From Gammaproteobacteria bacterium (GTDB lineage Bacteria > Pseudomonadota > Gammaproteobacteria > JAJPIJ01): DNA of 64,000 bases. The notes under the pieces are model-generated. The model was not told the origin of the DNA. It did not search any database and worked only from the letters and a program-made list of their open reading frames with translations. Shown piece after piece: positions 33,616 to 42,669 of the stretch (positions within the stretch are counted from its first letter, which is position 1; each line of letters begins with the position of its first letter). The translations under genes and the position numbers were made by a program. The stretch spans positions 1,288-65,287 of the forward strand of contig JAJVIQ010000021.1 in the NCBI GenBank assembly GCA_022071965.1, in the 5' to 3' direction.

Positions 33616-35412
33616 ATGCACGCGAGCCTGGATCCGATGGTCGCCAGCGGGCCCGCGATGCTGCGGCGGGTCGCGACGATACTGAGCGCGGCCGCCTTGA
33701 CGGCGCTGATTCCGGCGGCGCCAGCGCGCGCGACGGGTGCGGCGGATCTGCTGCAGGCAGAGAAGCGCGGCGCGGACTGGCCGATGTACGGCCGCACGTA
33801 CGGCAACACGCGCTACAGCCCGCTCGCGCAGGTCCACAGGCGCAACGTGCACGAACTGCGGCCGGTGTGGACGCAGTCGCTGGGGACGCTCGACGGCCTG
33901 GAATCCACGCCGCTGGTGGTCGACGGCGTGATGTATGTCAGCAGCGCGTGGGCGCACGTGTTCGCGTACGACGCCCGCATCGGCAGACGCCTGTGGCACT
34001 TCGCGCCCCAGTATCCGCCGGGTTTCGGCAATTCGATCTGCTGCGGTCCGGTGCACCGGGGCGTGGCTCTGCGCGGGGACCTGCTCTACGTCGCGACGCT
34101 GGACGCGCAGCTGGCCGCCCTGGACAGGCGCACGGGCGCCGTGCGCTGGCGCAGGCCGATCGGAGACTGGCAACAGGGCGTGGTGACCAACAGTGCGCCG
34201 CTGGTCGTGGGCGATCGCGTCGTCGTCGGCATGTCCGGCGGCGAGTTCGGTGTGCGCGGATTCATCAAGGCGTTCCACGCCGACTACGGCTACGAGCTGT
34301 GGACGACCTACACCATCCCCGGGCCCGGCGAGCCCGGTCACGAGACCTGGGAGAGCGAGGCGTGGAAGACCGGCGGCGGTCCGACCTGGCAGACCGGTTC
34401 CTATGATGCGGGTCTCGGCCTGCTCTACTGGGGGGTGGGCAATCCCGCGCCGTGGCTGGGCGATCTGCGCCCGGGAGACAACAAGTGGACCGACTCCCTG
34501 CTTGCCATCGATCCGAGGGATGGCGCGATCCGCTGGGGATTCCAGTACACCCCGCACGACACCTGGGATTACGACGGCAACAACGCCATCGTCCTGGCGG
34601 ACTTCCGTCTGGGCGGCGCTCCGGTGCAAGCGGCGCTGCAGGCCAACCGCAATGGATACTTCTATGCCGTCGATCGCCAGAGCGGCAGGTTCCTGTACGC
34701 CGAGCCGATGATCGACGGGATCAGCTGGACGCACGGCATCGATCCGGTGACCGGCCGGCCCCGGGTCAACGAGGCGATGCGTCCACACTTCGGTGGCGAG
34801 GAGGTCAAGGTCATCGTCCCGAGCATGTCCGGCGGCGCGAACTGGTTCCCGATGGCCTACAACCCGCTCACGCAGGTCGCCTTCATCCCGGTGAATCACT
34901 GGGGAGTGGGCATGCGTCCGTTCGAGGCCGACGAGGTGATCCATGAGGCCGGCAAGAGCTTTGTCGGCGCGGAATCATGGACCTACCGGGTAGGCGAGAA
35001 CATCGGCCACCTGAAGGCCTTCGACGTCGCGCGGCGCAGGTGGCTGTGGGACTTCGCGAGCCCGCAGCCCCTGCACGCCGGCGTGCTGGCAACCGCCGGT
35101 GAATTGGTATTCACGGGCGATCAGCTCGGCTTTTTCATGGCGCTGGATCAGCGATCCGGGAAGGTGCTGTGGCGCTACCAGACCGGCTCGGGCATCAATG
35201 CCTCGCCGATCACCTACAGTGTCGATGGCAGGCAGTACGTAGCGGTGCTGTCCGGATACGGCGGCAATCTCACGCATTTCTTCCGCGGACCGCGCGGCGG
35301 CACCCTGCACGCCTTCCGCCTGAGCAATCTCACCCCGGAGGAGGCAGGCGCGGGGGAGTGGGGGCCGGAGGAGAACCCGCACGTGATCCAGCCCTACCCC
35401 GGATCGCCGTAG
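33616..35412 (+). CDS. PQQ-dependent dehydrogenase (methanol/ethanol family)
   Basis: Signal peptide then 'DWPMYGRTYGNTRYSPLAQV'. Repeated W-motif propeller blades and the vicinal 'SICCG' Cys-Cys typical of quinoprotein alcohol dehydrogenases. The first ~158 aa of tracked ORF 33142 is a shadow over the CaCA gene. Confidence 0.8.
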   Translation: MHASLDPMVASGPAMLRRVATILSAAALTALIPAAPARATGAADLLQAEKRGADWPMYGRTYGNTRYSPLAQVHRRNVHELRPVWTQSLGTLDGLESTPLVVDGVMYVSSAWAHVFAYDARIGRRLWHFAPQYPPGFGNSICCGPVHRGVALRGDLLYVATLDAQLAALDRRTGAVRWRRPIGDWQQGVVTNSAPLVVGDRVVVGMSGGEFGVRGFIKAFHADYGYELWTTYTIPGPGEPGHETWESEAWKTGGGPTWQTGSYDAGLGLLYWGVGNPAPWLGDLRPGDNKWTDSLLAIDPRDGAIRWGFQYTPHDTWDYDGNNAIVLADFRLGGAPVQAALQANRNGYFYAVDRQSGRFLYAEPMIDGISWTHGIDPVTGRPRVNEAMRPHFGGEEVKVIVPSMSGGANWFPMAYNPLTQVAFIPVNHWGVGMRPFEADEVIHEAGKSFVGAESWTYRVGENIGHLKAFDVARRRWLWDFASPQPLHAGVLATAGELVFTGDQLGFFMALDQRSGKVLWRYQTGSGINASPITYSVDGRQYVAVLSGYGGNLTHFFRGPRGGTLHAFRLSNLTPEEAGAGEWGPEENPHVIQPYPGSP

Positions 35413-35494
35413 CGATCGGCCCGCCCCGCCGGGCGCGGGCGGGGCCGGTGATGCGGCGCGTTATAATCCCACCCTGGCGAAACGGTGCGCGAGC

Positions 35495-36151
35495 ATGGCG
35501 GAGAGCGGTTTCGGGCGGGACTGTTGTGGCGTCGCATGGCAGGGTAATCCCGTGCTCCTGCGGCTCCTGGGGCTGTGCCCGCTGCTCGCGGTCTCCGACC
35601 GCGTCGTCACCGGGCTGGCCATCGCCATCCTCTTCGCGCTGACCATGCTGTGGACCCAGCCGCTGATCGCCATGTTGCGCGACGTGGTCCCGGTGGCGGT
35701 GCGCCTGCCGTGCCAGGCCGTCATCGCGGCCTGCGGGGTCACCGTGCTGCATGCGGCCGTGCAGGCCGCCCTGCCTCCTCTGGCTGCCGCCCTGGGAGTA
35801 TACCTTCCCGTGTTGGCCGGTTGCTGCCTCATCCTCGTGCGCGCCGAGGAGTCCGCGTGGCGGCGGCCGGTCATCTCGGCCGTCCGCGATGCCGTTGCGC
35901 ACGCCGTCGGCGTGATCGCGTTCATGGCGGCCTTGTCCGCTGTCCGGGAAGCGCTCGGCCACGGCACGCTGCTGCGCGACCTGGAGTTGATCGTCCCCGG
36001 CACGGGCTGGAGCGGTTTCCAGGTATTGCCCCGGGGCTGGCGCCTGCCGATCGCGTCGTTGCCCGCAGGGGCGCTGCTGCTGTTCGGGGCGGTGCTGGCG
36101 GTGCGCAACCTCATCGCTGCAGGGCGCGACGGGCCCGCCGTGCGCGCATGA
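35495..36151 (+). CDS. rsxE: RnfE/RsxE-like membrane subunit (stand-alone)
   Basis: 'NPVLLRLLGLCPLLAVS' matches E. coli RsxE 'NSALVQLLGLCPLLAVT', and 'LILVRAEES' matches 'IVVGRAEAF'. ATGA overlap with nth, as in rsx-nth synteny, but no rnfABCDG upstream. Confidence 0.7.
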   Translation: MAESGFGRDCCGVAWQGNPVLLRLLGLCPLLAVSDRVVTGLAIAILFALTMLWTQPLIAMLRDVVPVAVRLPCQAVIAACGVTVLHAAVQAALPPLAAALGVYLPVLAGCCLILVRAEESAWRRPVISAVRDAVAHAVGVIAFMAALSAVREALGHGTLLRDLELIVPGTGWSGFQVLPRGWRLPIASLPAGALLLFGAVLAVRNLIAAGRDGPAVRA

Positions 36152-36801
36152 ATGCGGCCAGGCGGGCGGCCATCTTCGAGCGATTACGGTCGGCGGATCC
36201 GGCGCCGCGCACGGAACTGCACTATTCGACCCCGTTCGAACTGCTCATCGCCGTGATCCTTTCGGCGCAGGCCACCGACGTGAGTGTCAACAAGGCCACC
36301 TCGAGGCTGTTCAGGGTCGCCAACACGCCCGCCACCATGCGTGCGCTCGGTGTGGAGGGCCTGAAAGAGCACATCAAGTCCATAGGGCTGTACAACTCCA
36401 AGGCCGCCCACATCATCAGGACCTGCGAGGCGCTCCTGCGCGATCATCACGGCGAGGTACCGCCCGATCGCGAGGCCCTGGAGAGGCTTCCCGGGGTCGG
36501 GCGCAAGACGGCGAACGTCATCCTCAACACGGCGTTCGGCCACCCGACGATCGCCGTGGACACGCACATCTTCCGGGTCGCCAACCGTACCGGGATCGCG
36601 CCGGGTCGCAACGTGCTGGAGGTCGAGCGGCGATTGCTCAGGCTCGTGCCCGCGGCCTACCGCCAGGATGCGCATCACTGGCTCATCCTGCATGGCCGCT
36701 ACGTCTGCACCGCGCGCCGGCCGCGTTGCGCCACCTGCATCATCGGCGACCTCTGCGAATGGCCGGGGCGCAGCCGGCAGCCGGCCGGGGCGGGGCCCTG
36801 A
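36148..36801 (+). CDS. nth: Endonuclease III
   Basis: 'ELHYSTPFELLIAVILSAQATDVSVNKAT', HhH-GPD 'LPGVGRKTANVILN', and Fe-S 'CTARRPRCATCIIGDLC'. Confidence 0.9.
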   Translation: MNAARRAAIFERLRSADPAPRTELHYSTPFELLIAVILSAQATDVSVNKATSRLFRVANTPATMRALGVEGLKEHIKSIGLYNSKAAHIIRTCEALLRDHHGEVPPDREALERLPGVGRKTANVILNTAFGHPTIAVDTHIFRVANRTGIAPGRNVLEVERRLLRLVPAAYRQDAHHWLILHGRYVCTARRPRCATCIIGDLCEWPGRSRQPAGAGP

Positions 36802-36804
36802 GCG

Positions 36805-37236
36805 ATGTTTCTGCAGGATCGGGATGCCGCACGGCGCATGTTTCTCGCGGCCTGGCGCAAGCAGCAGGCCGGGGAGGCGCTCGAGCCCCTCGAGGCGCTG
36901 ATCGCCGGGGTCGTCGCCCTGCATCCCGAATACCACGGGCTTCTGACCTCGGGGGAGGCGGCGATTGCGCAGGAGTACACGCCCGAGCGCGGCGTGACCA
37001 ACCCGTTCCTGCACATGGGCATGCATATTGCCTTGCGCGAGCAGGTGGGCACCGACCGGCCCGCCGGCATCGCCGGGCTCTACCGGCGGGCGGTGGAACG
37101 GCGCGGCGACCCGCATGCCGTGGAGCATGACATGATGGAGTGCCTGGGCGAGGTCCTCTGGCGGGCGCAGCGGGACAATGCGGTGCCCGACGAAGCCGCC
37201 TATTTCGAGTGCCTCAGCCGACGATTGTCGCGATGA
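36805..37236 (+). CDS. DUF1841-family protein
   Basis: 143 aa. 'RRMFLAAWRKQQAGEALEPLEALIAGVVALHPEYH' resembles the DUF1841 N-terminus, recognised from memory only. Confidence 0.55.
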   Translation: MFLQDRDAARRMFLAAWRKQQAGEALEPLEALIAGVVALHPEYHGLLTSGEAAIAQEYTPERGVTNPFLHMGMHIALREQVGTDRPAGIAGLYRRAVERRGDPHAVEHDMMECLGEVLWRAQRDNAVPDEAAYFECLSRRLSR

Positions 37237-38516
37237 ATCTCCCCGTGGATCCCGATAGGACCGTGCCGCGCCAGGAGCGCGCCATCGAGCGGCAGGTGCG
37301 CGTGCTGGCCGAGGCCATTCAGGAGTTCGCCACCTCGCTCAATCTGCAGGAGACCCTGCGCCGTGCGATTGCCACCTTCATCGAGCAGATGAACGCCGAT
37401 GCCGGTTCGATCTTCCTTCTCGAGAACGAGAACAGCGAGCTGGTCTGCCACCAGTGCGCCGGTCCCGTGGACATCACCGGTCTGCGCTTTCCCGCGGGCG
37501 AGGGCATCGTCGGGCGCACGGTGGCGGAGCGGCGCACGCAGATCGTCCGCAATGCGCATGACGAAACGCAGTTCTATCCCGCCATCGATGCCGGCACCGG
37601 CTTTCTCACCCGCTCGATACTCTGCGCGCCGCTGGTCGTGCGCGGCCAGAGCATCGGCGCGCTGGAGCTCATCAACAAGCGCACCGTCGACGGTCAGTTC
37701 GAGGAGGAGGACAGGCATCTGGCCACCGCGCTCGCCTCGGCGGCGGCACTCGCCATCCACAACGCCCGCATGGTCGCCAAGCTGGTCGACCAGGAGCGCG
37801 TGCGCAAGGAACTGGAGATGGTGCGCGAGGTGCAGGTCAATCTGCTGCCCCGCCCCACGCACATGGAGGAGCTGCCGGTCGTCGCCATCAACATACCGGC
37901 GCGCGAGGTCTCGGGCGACTTCTACGATTACTTCGCGCTGGGGAGCTCGCGGGTGTACTTCAACATCGCCGACGTGTCCGGCAAGGGCATGAATACCGCG
38001 CTGTGGATGGCGAAGACGACCGGCCTCCTGCACGCCCTGGCCAAGACCACCGACGATCTCGGCCGTCTGCTCGCCCGCGTCAACGAGGAGCTATACGAGA
38101 CCTCTTCGCACGGGATGTTCGTCACCGTGGTCACCGGCTTAATCGATCTGCATCGCGACGAGATTGTGCTGGCCAATGCGGGTCATCTGCCGGCGCTGTA
38201 CCGCGGTACCGACGGCGTGTTCAGGGAGCTGCCCGCGGACGGTCCGCCGCTCGGCGTGGTGCCCGAGGCCGAGTATCGCTGCACGCGCTTCCCGCTCGCC
38301 GGCGGCAGCCTGTACATTTACACGGACGGCGTCATCGAATCGCCGGACGGCAAGGGTCAGATCCTGGGCGTCGCGGGGCTCGGGCGGCTCATCGATTCGG
38401 TGGCGTCGTTGGCCCCGCGCGCCCGCCTCGAGGAGATGGTGGCGATCCTGCGGGGCAGGGGCCATCGCCAGCGCGACGACATTACTCTGATGCTGATAGA
38501 GCGGGACCGTCAATGA
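37233..38516 (+). CDS. GAF-domain SpoIIE/PP2C-family protein phosphatase (RsbU-like)
   Basis: ATGA overlap with the upstream gene. GAF region ('AGSIFLLENENSELV...GEGIVGRTV...LCAPLVVRGQSIGALELINK'). PP2C/SpoIIE motifs 'GDFYDY', 'IADVSGKGMNTALWMA', 'LYIYTDGVIE', 'DDITLMLI'. Confidence 0.8.
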   Translation: MNLPVDPDRTVPRQERAIERQVRVLAEAIQEFATSLNLQETLRRAIATFIEQMNADAGSIFLLENENSELVCHQCAGPVDITGLRFPAGEGIVGRTVAERRTQIVRNAHDETQFYPAIDAGTGFLTRSILCAPLVVRGQSIGALELINKRTVDGQFEEEDRHLATALASAAALAIHNARMVAKLVDQERVRKELEMVREVQVNLLPRPTHMEELPVVAINIPAREVSGDFYDYFALGSSRVYFNIADVSGKGMNTALWMAKTTGLLHALAKTTDDLGRLLARVNEELYETSSHGMFVTVVTGLIDLHRDEIVLANAGHLPALYRGTDGVFRELPADGPPLGVVPEAEYRCTRFPLAGGSLYIYTDGVIESPDGKGQILGVAGLGRLIDSVASLAPRARLEEMVAILRGRGHRQRDDITLMLIERDRQ

Positions 38517-38929
38517 CCGGGCAGCGCATCCTGAAGGTCAAGTTTCCGGCCGACCCGCGCATATTGCGCAAGGTGCGCGAGCATGTGCGCGCGGCCTGCG
38601 AACGCGGGGGATGCTGCGAGCAGGTCGTCAGCCAGATCGTGCTTGCCGTCAACGAGGCCTGCAGCAACATCATCCGCCACGCCTACAAGGGCAGCAGCAC
38701 AGGTGAAATCATCCTCGAAATCTTTAATAATGGCCGGGAACTGGAGTTTCATCTGCGGGATTTCGCCGAGCCCGTGGATCTCACCTCGATCGGTCCGCGC
38801 GATCCGCGCGAGATCAAGCCCGGTGGTCTTGGAACGCTGTTTATCCGTGAGATCATGGATGACTGCGCTTATGGTCACGTGCAGGGCAAGGCCGGGAATT
38901 TCCTGCATATGAAGAAGCGCATCGCCTGA
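38513..38929 (+). CDS. RsbW/SpoIIAB-like serine protein kinase (anti-sigma-factor fold)
   Basis: ATGA overlap with the phosphatase gene. N-box 'AVNEACSNIIRHAY' and G-box 'KPGGLGTLFIREIMD'. 138 aa. Confidence 0.8.
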   Translation: MTGQRILKVKFPADPRILRKVREHVRAACERGGCCEQVVSQIVLAVNEACSNIIRHAYKGSSTGEIILEIFNNGRELEFHLRDFAEPVDLTSIGPRDPREIKPGGLGTLFIREIMDDCAYGHVQGKAGNFLHMKKRIA

Positions 38930-38979
38930 TGCGCGGCGGGCAGGGTATGTTTGGCTGAGTGCGGCAGGAGTGCGTCGAG

Positions 38980-39312
38980 ATGAGCTATGAGGTGCGCGAT
39001 GACAGTGGCTATGCGGTCGTTGAGCTGACCGGCGACGTGGATCTGTCGGCCTCGCCGGAGGCGCGTTCTGCCATACTCGGCTGCCTGGCGCAGGCGCGAA
39101 ACGTCCTCGTGGATCTTTCACGCGTCACCTACATAGACAGCTCGGGCGTGGCGAGCCTGGTCGAAGGCTACCAGACCGCGAAGAAGGGAAGGCTGCGGTT
39201 CGGCCTGATCGGGGTGAGCGAGGCCGCGCTGAGCGTGCTGAAGCTGGCGCGTCTGGACAAGGTCTTTCCCATCCACGCGACGATCAACGAGCGCATCCGG
39301 GCGGATGGCTGA
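38980..39312 (+). CDS. STAS-domain protein (RsbV/SpoIIAA/MlaB-like antagonist) with phospho-Ser motif
   Basis: 'VVELTGDVDLSASPE...LVDLSRVTYIDSSGVASLVE' keeps the DSSG phosphorylation motif of SpoIIAA/RsbV. SD CAGGAG lies 9 nt upstream of ATG 38980. The 3' end overlaps the mlaE-like start by 8 nt. Confidence 0.8.
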   Translation: MSYEVRDDSGYAVVELTGDVDLSASPEARSAILGCLAQARNVLVDLSRVTYIDSSGVASLVEGYQTAKKGRLRFGLIGVSEAALSVLKLARLDKVFPIHATINERIRADG

Positions 39313-40117
39313 CACGGCTGGGCAATCCTCAGCGCTCCTCATCGAGCATCTCGGCCGGACCGCCGTTGCGGCCATCGAGGAGTTCGGATACTACTTCCTG
39401 CTCTGGCTCGAGAGCCTGTACTGGCTGTTGTTCGGCTGGATGAAGAAGCAGCCTGTTCGGCTGGCGTCGATGGCCGCGCAGATGGTGACCATCGGCATCG
39501 CCGCCACGCCCATCGTCACCATCCTCGCGTTCACCATAGGCGTGATGCTCGCCATCCAGGGCATAGCGACGCTGAAGACCTTCGGCGCCGAGGAGCAGGT
39601 CGTGATGGGCATCGCGCTGTCGGTCACGCGCGAGTTCGCCGCTCTGATCACGGCGATCGTGGTCGCCGGCCGCTCGGGCTCGGCCCTGGCGGCGCGCATC
39701 GGTACCATGCAGGTCTCCCAGGAGATCGACGCGCTGCGGGTCATGAGCATCAACCCCGTCCGGTATCTTGCCTCCCCGGTACTGGCGGCCATGATGCTCA
39801 TGGTGCCGTCGCTGACCCTCATCGCCGATTTCGCCGCCCTGCTCGGCGGGGCCGTGTTCACGAATCTCGAGCTGGGGCTGTCCTACGCCGCCTACCTCGA
39901 CCGCACGCTGGGCTCGCTGGTGTTCGATGACGTGCGGCAGGGCCTGATAAAGAGCCTGGTCTTCGCCACGATCATCACCGTGATCGGGGTGAGCAACGGC
40001 TTCCAGGTCACCGGCGGCGCCGAGGGGGTCGGGCGCGCCACCACGCGCGCGGTGGTGCTGTCGATCTCCTACATCGTGGTGGCGGACATGCTGTTCACCT
40101 ATTTCCTGAATCGCTGA
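39305..40117 (+). CDS. MlaE-family ABC transporter permease
   Basis: 270 aa. 'IVVAGRSGSALAARIGTMQVSQEIDALRVMSINP' is the MlaE/TTG2B signature (EIDAL). Confidence 0.85.
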   Translation: MADTAGQSSALLIEHLGRTAVAAIEEFGYYFLLWLESLYWLLFGWMKKQPVRLASMAAQMVTIGIAATPIVTILAFTIGVMLAIQGIATLKTFGAEEQVVMGIALSVTREFAALITAIVVAGRSGSALAARIGTMQVSQEIDALRVMSINPVRYLASPVLAAMMLMVPSLTLIADFAALLGGAVFTNLELGLSYAAYLDRTLGSLVFDDVRQGLIKSLVFATIITVIGVSNGFQVTGGAEGVGRATTRAVVLSISYIVVADMLFTYFLNR

Positions 40118-40123
40118 GACGCC

Positions 40124-40924
40124 GTGACCCGATCCGACACCCAGCCCGTCATCGAGGTCAGCGAACTGACCGCTCACTACGGCTCGCGCAAGATCCTCGA
40201 CAACATCGACTTCCACGTCGAGCCCGGGGAGATCCGCATCATCATGGGCGGCAGCGGCTCCGGCAAGAGCACGCTCCTGCGGCACCTGCTCGGACTGAAC
40301 CTTCCCACCAGCGGCAGGGTCCGGATGCTTGGCGTGGACGTCGCCAGGGCCTCCGCCGGGGAGATGCACGAGCTGCGCAGGAACATCGGCGTGGCGTTCC
40401 AGGGCGGCGCGCTGTTCAGTTCGATGACCGTGGGCGAAAACATCAAACTGCCGCTGCGGGAACATGCACGCCTCGATGAGACGACCATGGACATCATGGT
40501 GCGGCTCAAGCTCGAGGTGGTGAACCTTGCCGGCTTCGAGCACCTGATGCCCGCGCAGCTCTCCGGCGGCATGATCAAGCGCGCCGCGGTGGCGAGGGCG
40601 GTCATCATGGACCCGAAATTGCTGTTCTTCGACGAACCCTCCGCCGGCCTGGATCCGGTCGTTTCCGCGGAGCTCGACGAGATGATCCTTCGGCTGCGTG
40701 AGGCGATGAACATGAGCATCGTGGTGGTGACCCACGAGCTGGAGAGTGCTTTCAAGATCGCCGATCGCATAACCGTGCTCGACCATGGCCGCATCCTCAT
40801 GACCGGCACCGTCCCGGAGGTCCAGAACTGCCCGCACCCGCGTGTCCAGGACCTGCTCAACCGCAGACCGCGCCGCGCGGAGATCAATGCGGAGGATTAC
40901 CTGCAGCGGCTGACCGGCGGATGA
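40124..40924 (+). CDS. MlaF-like ABC transporter ATP-binding protein
   Basis: Walker A 'GGSGSGKST', signature 'LSGGMIKRAAVARA', Walker B 'LLFFDEPSAGLD'. GTG start. Confidence 0.85.
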   Translation: MTRSDTQPVIEVSELTAHYGSRKILDNIDFHVEPGEIRIIMGGSGSGKSTLLRHLLGLNLPTSGRVRMLGVDVARASAGEMHELRRNIGVAFQGGALFSSMTVGENIKLPLREHARLDETTMDIMVRLKLEVVNLAGFEHLMPAQLSGGMIKRAAVARAVIMDPKLLFFDEPSAGLDPVVSAELDEMILRLREAMNMSIVVVTHELESAFKIADRITVLDHGRILMTGTVPEVQNCPHPRVQDLLNRRPRRAEINAEDYLQRLTGG

Positions 40925-41002
40925 TGCGGCGAATCGGATGAGGCCTGGGTGCCGCGGCGCTCCTGCCGTGGGCGATCACGATATGGGGGGTGGGGGAGAG
41001 GC

Positions 41003-42028
41003 ATGCGACGTGACAACATCAATTACCTGGCGGTGGGCCTGTTCGTCCTGGCCGTCGGCGTGGCATTCCTGTGGGCGCTGTACCGGCTCACCGGCAGCAC
41101 CGGACCGGTCGATCGCTACTACGCCATGTTCGAGAACGTCGGCGGCATCAAGTACGGGACCGTGACTTACTACAAGGGCTATCCGGTCGGGCAGGTCGAA
41201 TCGGTCCAGCCCGTCGTCACGGACAGCACGATCAACTACCGCGTCGAGTTCAGCGTCACCAAGGACTGGAAGATGCCGGCCGGCAGCGCCGCGGCCATCG
41301 TGCTGCCGGGCCCCCTGGCGCCCGCGGTGATCGACATCCGCGAGGGCAAGGGACCGGGATGGATGAAGCCCGGCGAGGAGCTCGACGGCGTCGAGCAGGC
41401 CGACATGTTCTCCGCGCTCAACGACGCGGCGGCGGAATTCAAGAAGCTCACCAGCGAGGGGAAGCCGCTGCTGCGGAGTCTCAACGACCGGGTCACCGCG
41501 CTGAGTCTCGAGTACGAATCGCTGTCGAAGGGCCAGCTGCGGCCGCTGCTCGCGAGCCTGCGCCAGCGGGTGGATGATCCGGAGCTGTTCGACGAGCTCA
41601 AGAAGGTGGTCAAGAAGCTCGACGCCAGCGCCGAGGCGCTGCTGCTGACGGTCAATGCCGAGAACCGCCAGCACATCGCCTCCATCCTGACGAACGCGGA
41701 CAGGGGTTCGGCGCAACTGACCGAGCTGCTGGCCCGCATCGAGGAATCCCGCAAGCAGATGCACGATCTGTTTCTCGCCATGGATGCCCTGGTCAGGGAG
41801 AACAGGGAGGGTATCAACCAGACCGTCGGCGATGCCTCGGTCACGATGCGGGAGTTGCGCGGCAGCATCGAGGTGGTGGCAGACAACATCGATTCGATCG
41901 TGCATTATCTGGAAGGCAGCGGCCGCAACATGCAGGAGTTCAGCCGCGAGGTGCGCGAGAATCCGAGCGTACTCTTCCGCGGCGAATCGACGCCCGACCC
42001 GCTGCCGGCGGGGAATAACAACAATTGA
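41003..42028 (+). CDS. MCE/MlaD-family substrate-binding membrane protein
   Basis: N-terminal TM 'YLAVGLFVLAVGVAFLW', an MCE beta-barrel region ('GGIKYGTVTYYKGYPVGQVESV'), and a long helical C-terminal extension. Confidence 0.8.
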   Translation: MRRDNINYLAVGLFVLAVGVAFLWALYRLTGSTGPVDRYYAMFENVGGIKYGTVTYYKGYPVGQVESVQPVVTDSTINYRVEFSVTKDWKMPAGSAAAIVLPGPLAPAVIDIREGKGPGWMKPGEELDGVEQADMFSALNDAAAEFKKLTSEGKPLLRSLNDRVTALSLEYESLSKGQLRPLLASLRQRVDDPELFDELKKVVKKLDASAEALLLTVNAENRQHIASILTNADRGSAQLTELLARIEESRKQMHDLFLAMDALVRENREGINQTVGDASVTMRELRGSIEVVADNIDSIVHYLEGSGRNMQEFSREVRENPSVLFRGESTPDPLPAGNNNN

Positions 42029-42036
42029 GGAACCGG

Positions 42037-42669
42037 ATGATCGCTTTCGCACGGGCCATCGCGCCCCTGCTGCTGGTGGCCGGAATGCTCGGCGGCTGCG
42101 GGAGCAGTGCGCCGATCCCCACCGATACGTACTATCGCCTGGCTGACCCGCGAGTCGCCGCGGCTGCGGGACCGCCGCTGGTCGACGGGGGAATACTGGT
42201 GGAGGCATTCCAGGCCGATGCCCTCTACCGGGAGCGCCCGTTGCTTTTCAGCGACGACGCGGCCGACCTGACGCTGAAGCAGTACCATCATCACCATTGG
42301 CAGGAATCCCCGCCGCGGCTGCTGCGCGAACAGCTGATCCTGTATCTGCGCGCCGCCGATGCCGCGCCATGGGTCGCGAGCCGCGCCGATGAGACGCCGG
42401 CGCTGACCGTACGCGGGCGCATCCGGCGCTTCGAGCACATCATCGGCGCGGATGCGGTGACCGCGCGTGTCGGCCTGGAGCTGCAGGTGCTGGGACAGGA
42501 TGGAGGCGTGCTCGTGCTGCGCGATTATCACCATGACGAGGGGGCAGCGGGCAAGGACGTGGCCAGCGTGGTGAGGGCGATGGACGCCGCCGTCAACTCG
42601 GTCTTCGGGCGGTTTCTCGCGGACGCGCGAGCCGCCGTGCGCGCGCACGCGACCGACCGGCCGCCGTGA
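42037..42669 (+). CDS. PqiC/DUF330-like ABC-transport auxiliary lipoprotein
   Basis: Lipobox 'LVAGMLGGC' followed by 'PTDTYYRL', typical of this family. ATG 42037 (SD GAGGA) is preferred to the tracked TTG at 42025. Confidence 0.7.
   Translation: MIAFARAIAPLLLVAGMLGGCGSSAPIPTDTYYRLADPRVAAAAGPPLVDGGILVEAFQADALYRERPLLFSDDAADLTLKQYHHHHWQESPPRLLREQLILYLRAADAAPWVASRADETPALTVRGRIRRFEHIIGADAVTARVGLELQVLGQDGGVLVLRDYHHDEGAAGKDVASVVRAMDAAVNSVFGRFLADARAAVRAHATDRPP

Noticed and set aside
37233-39312. Classical sigma-B-type stress regulon module (RsbU/W/V controlling an adjacent sigma factor)
   Set aside because: No sigma-factor gene lies in or next to the module. The next genes are ABC transporter components, so I did not annotate the genes as rsbU/rsbW/rsbV or as anti-sigma components in the strict sense.
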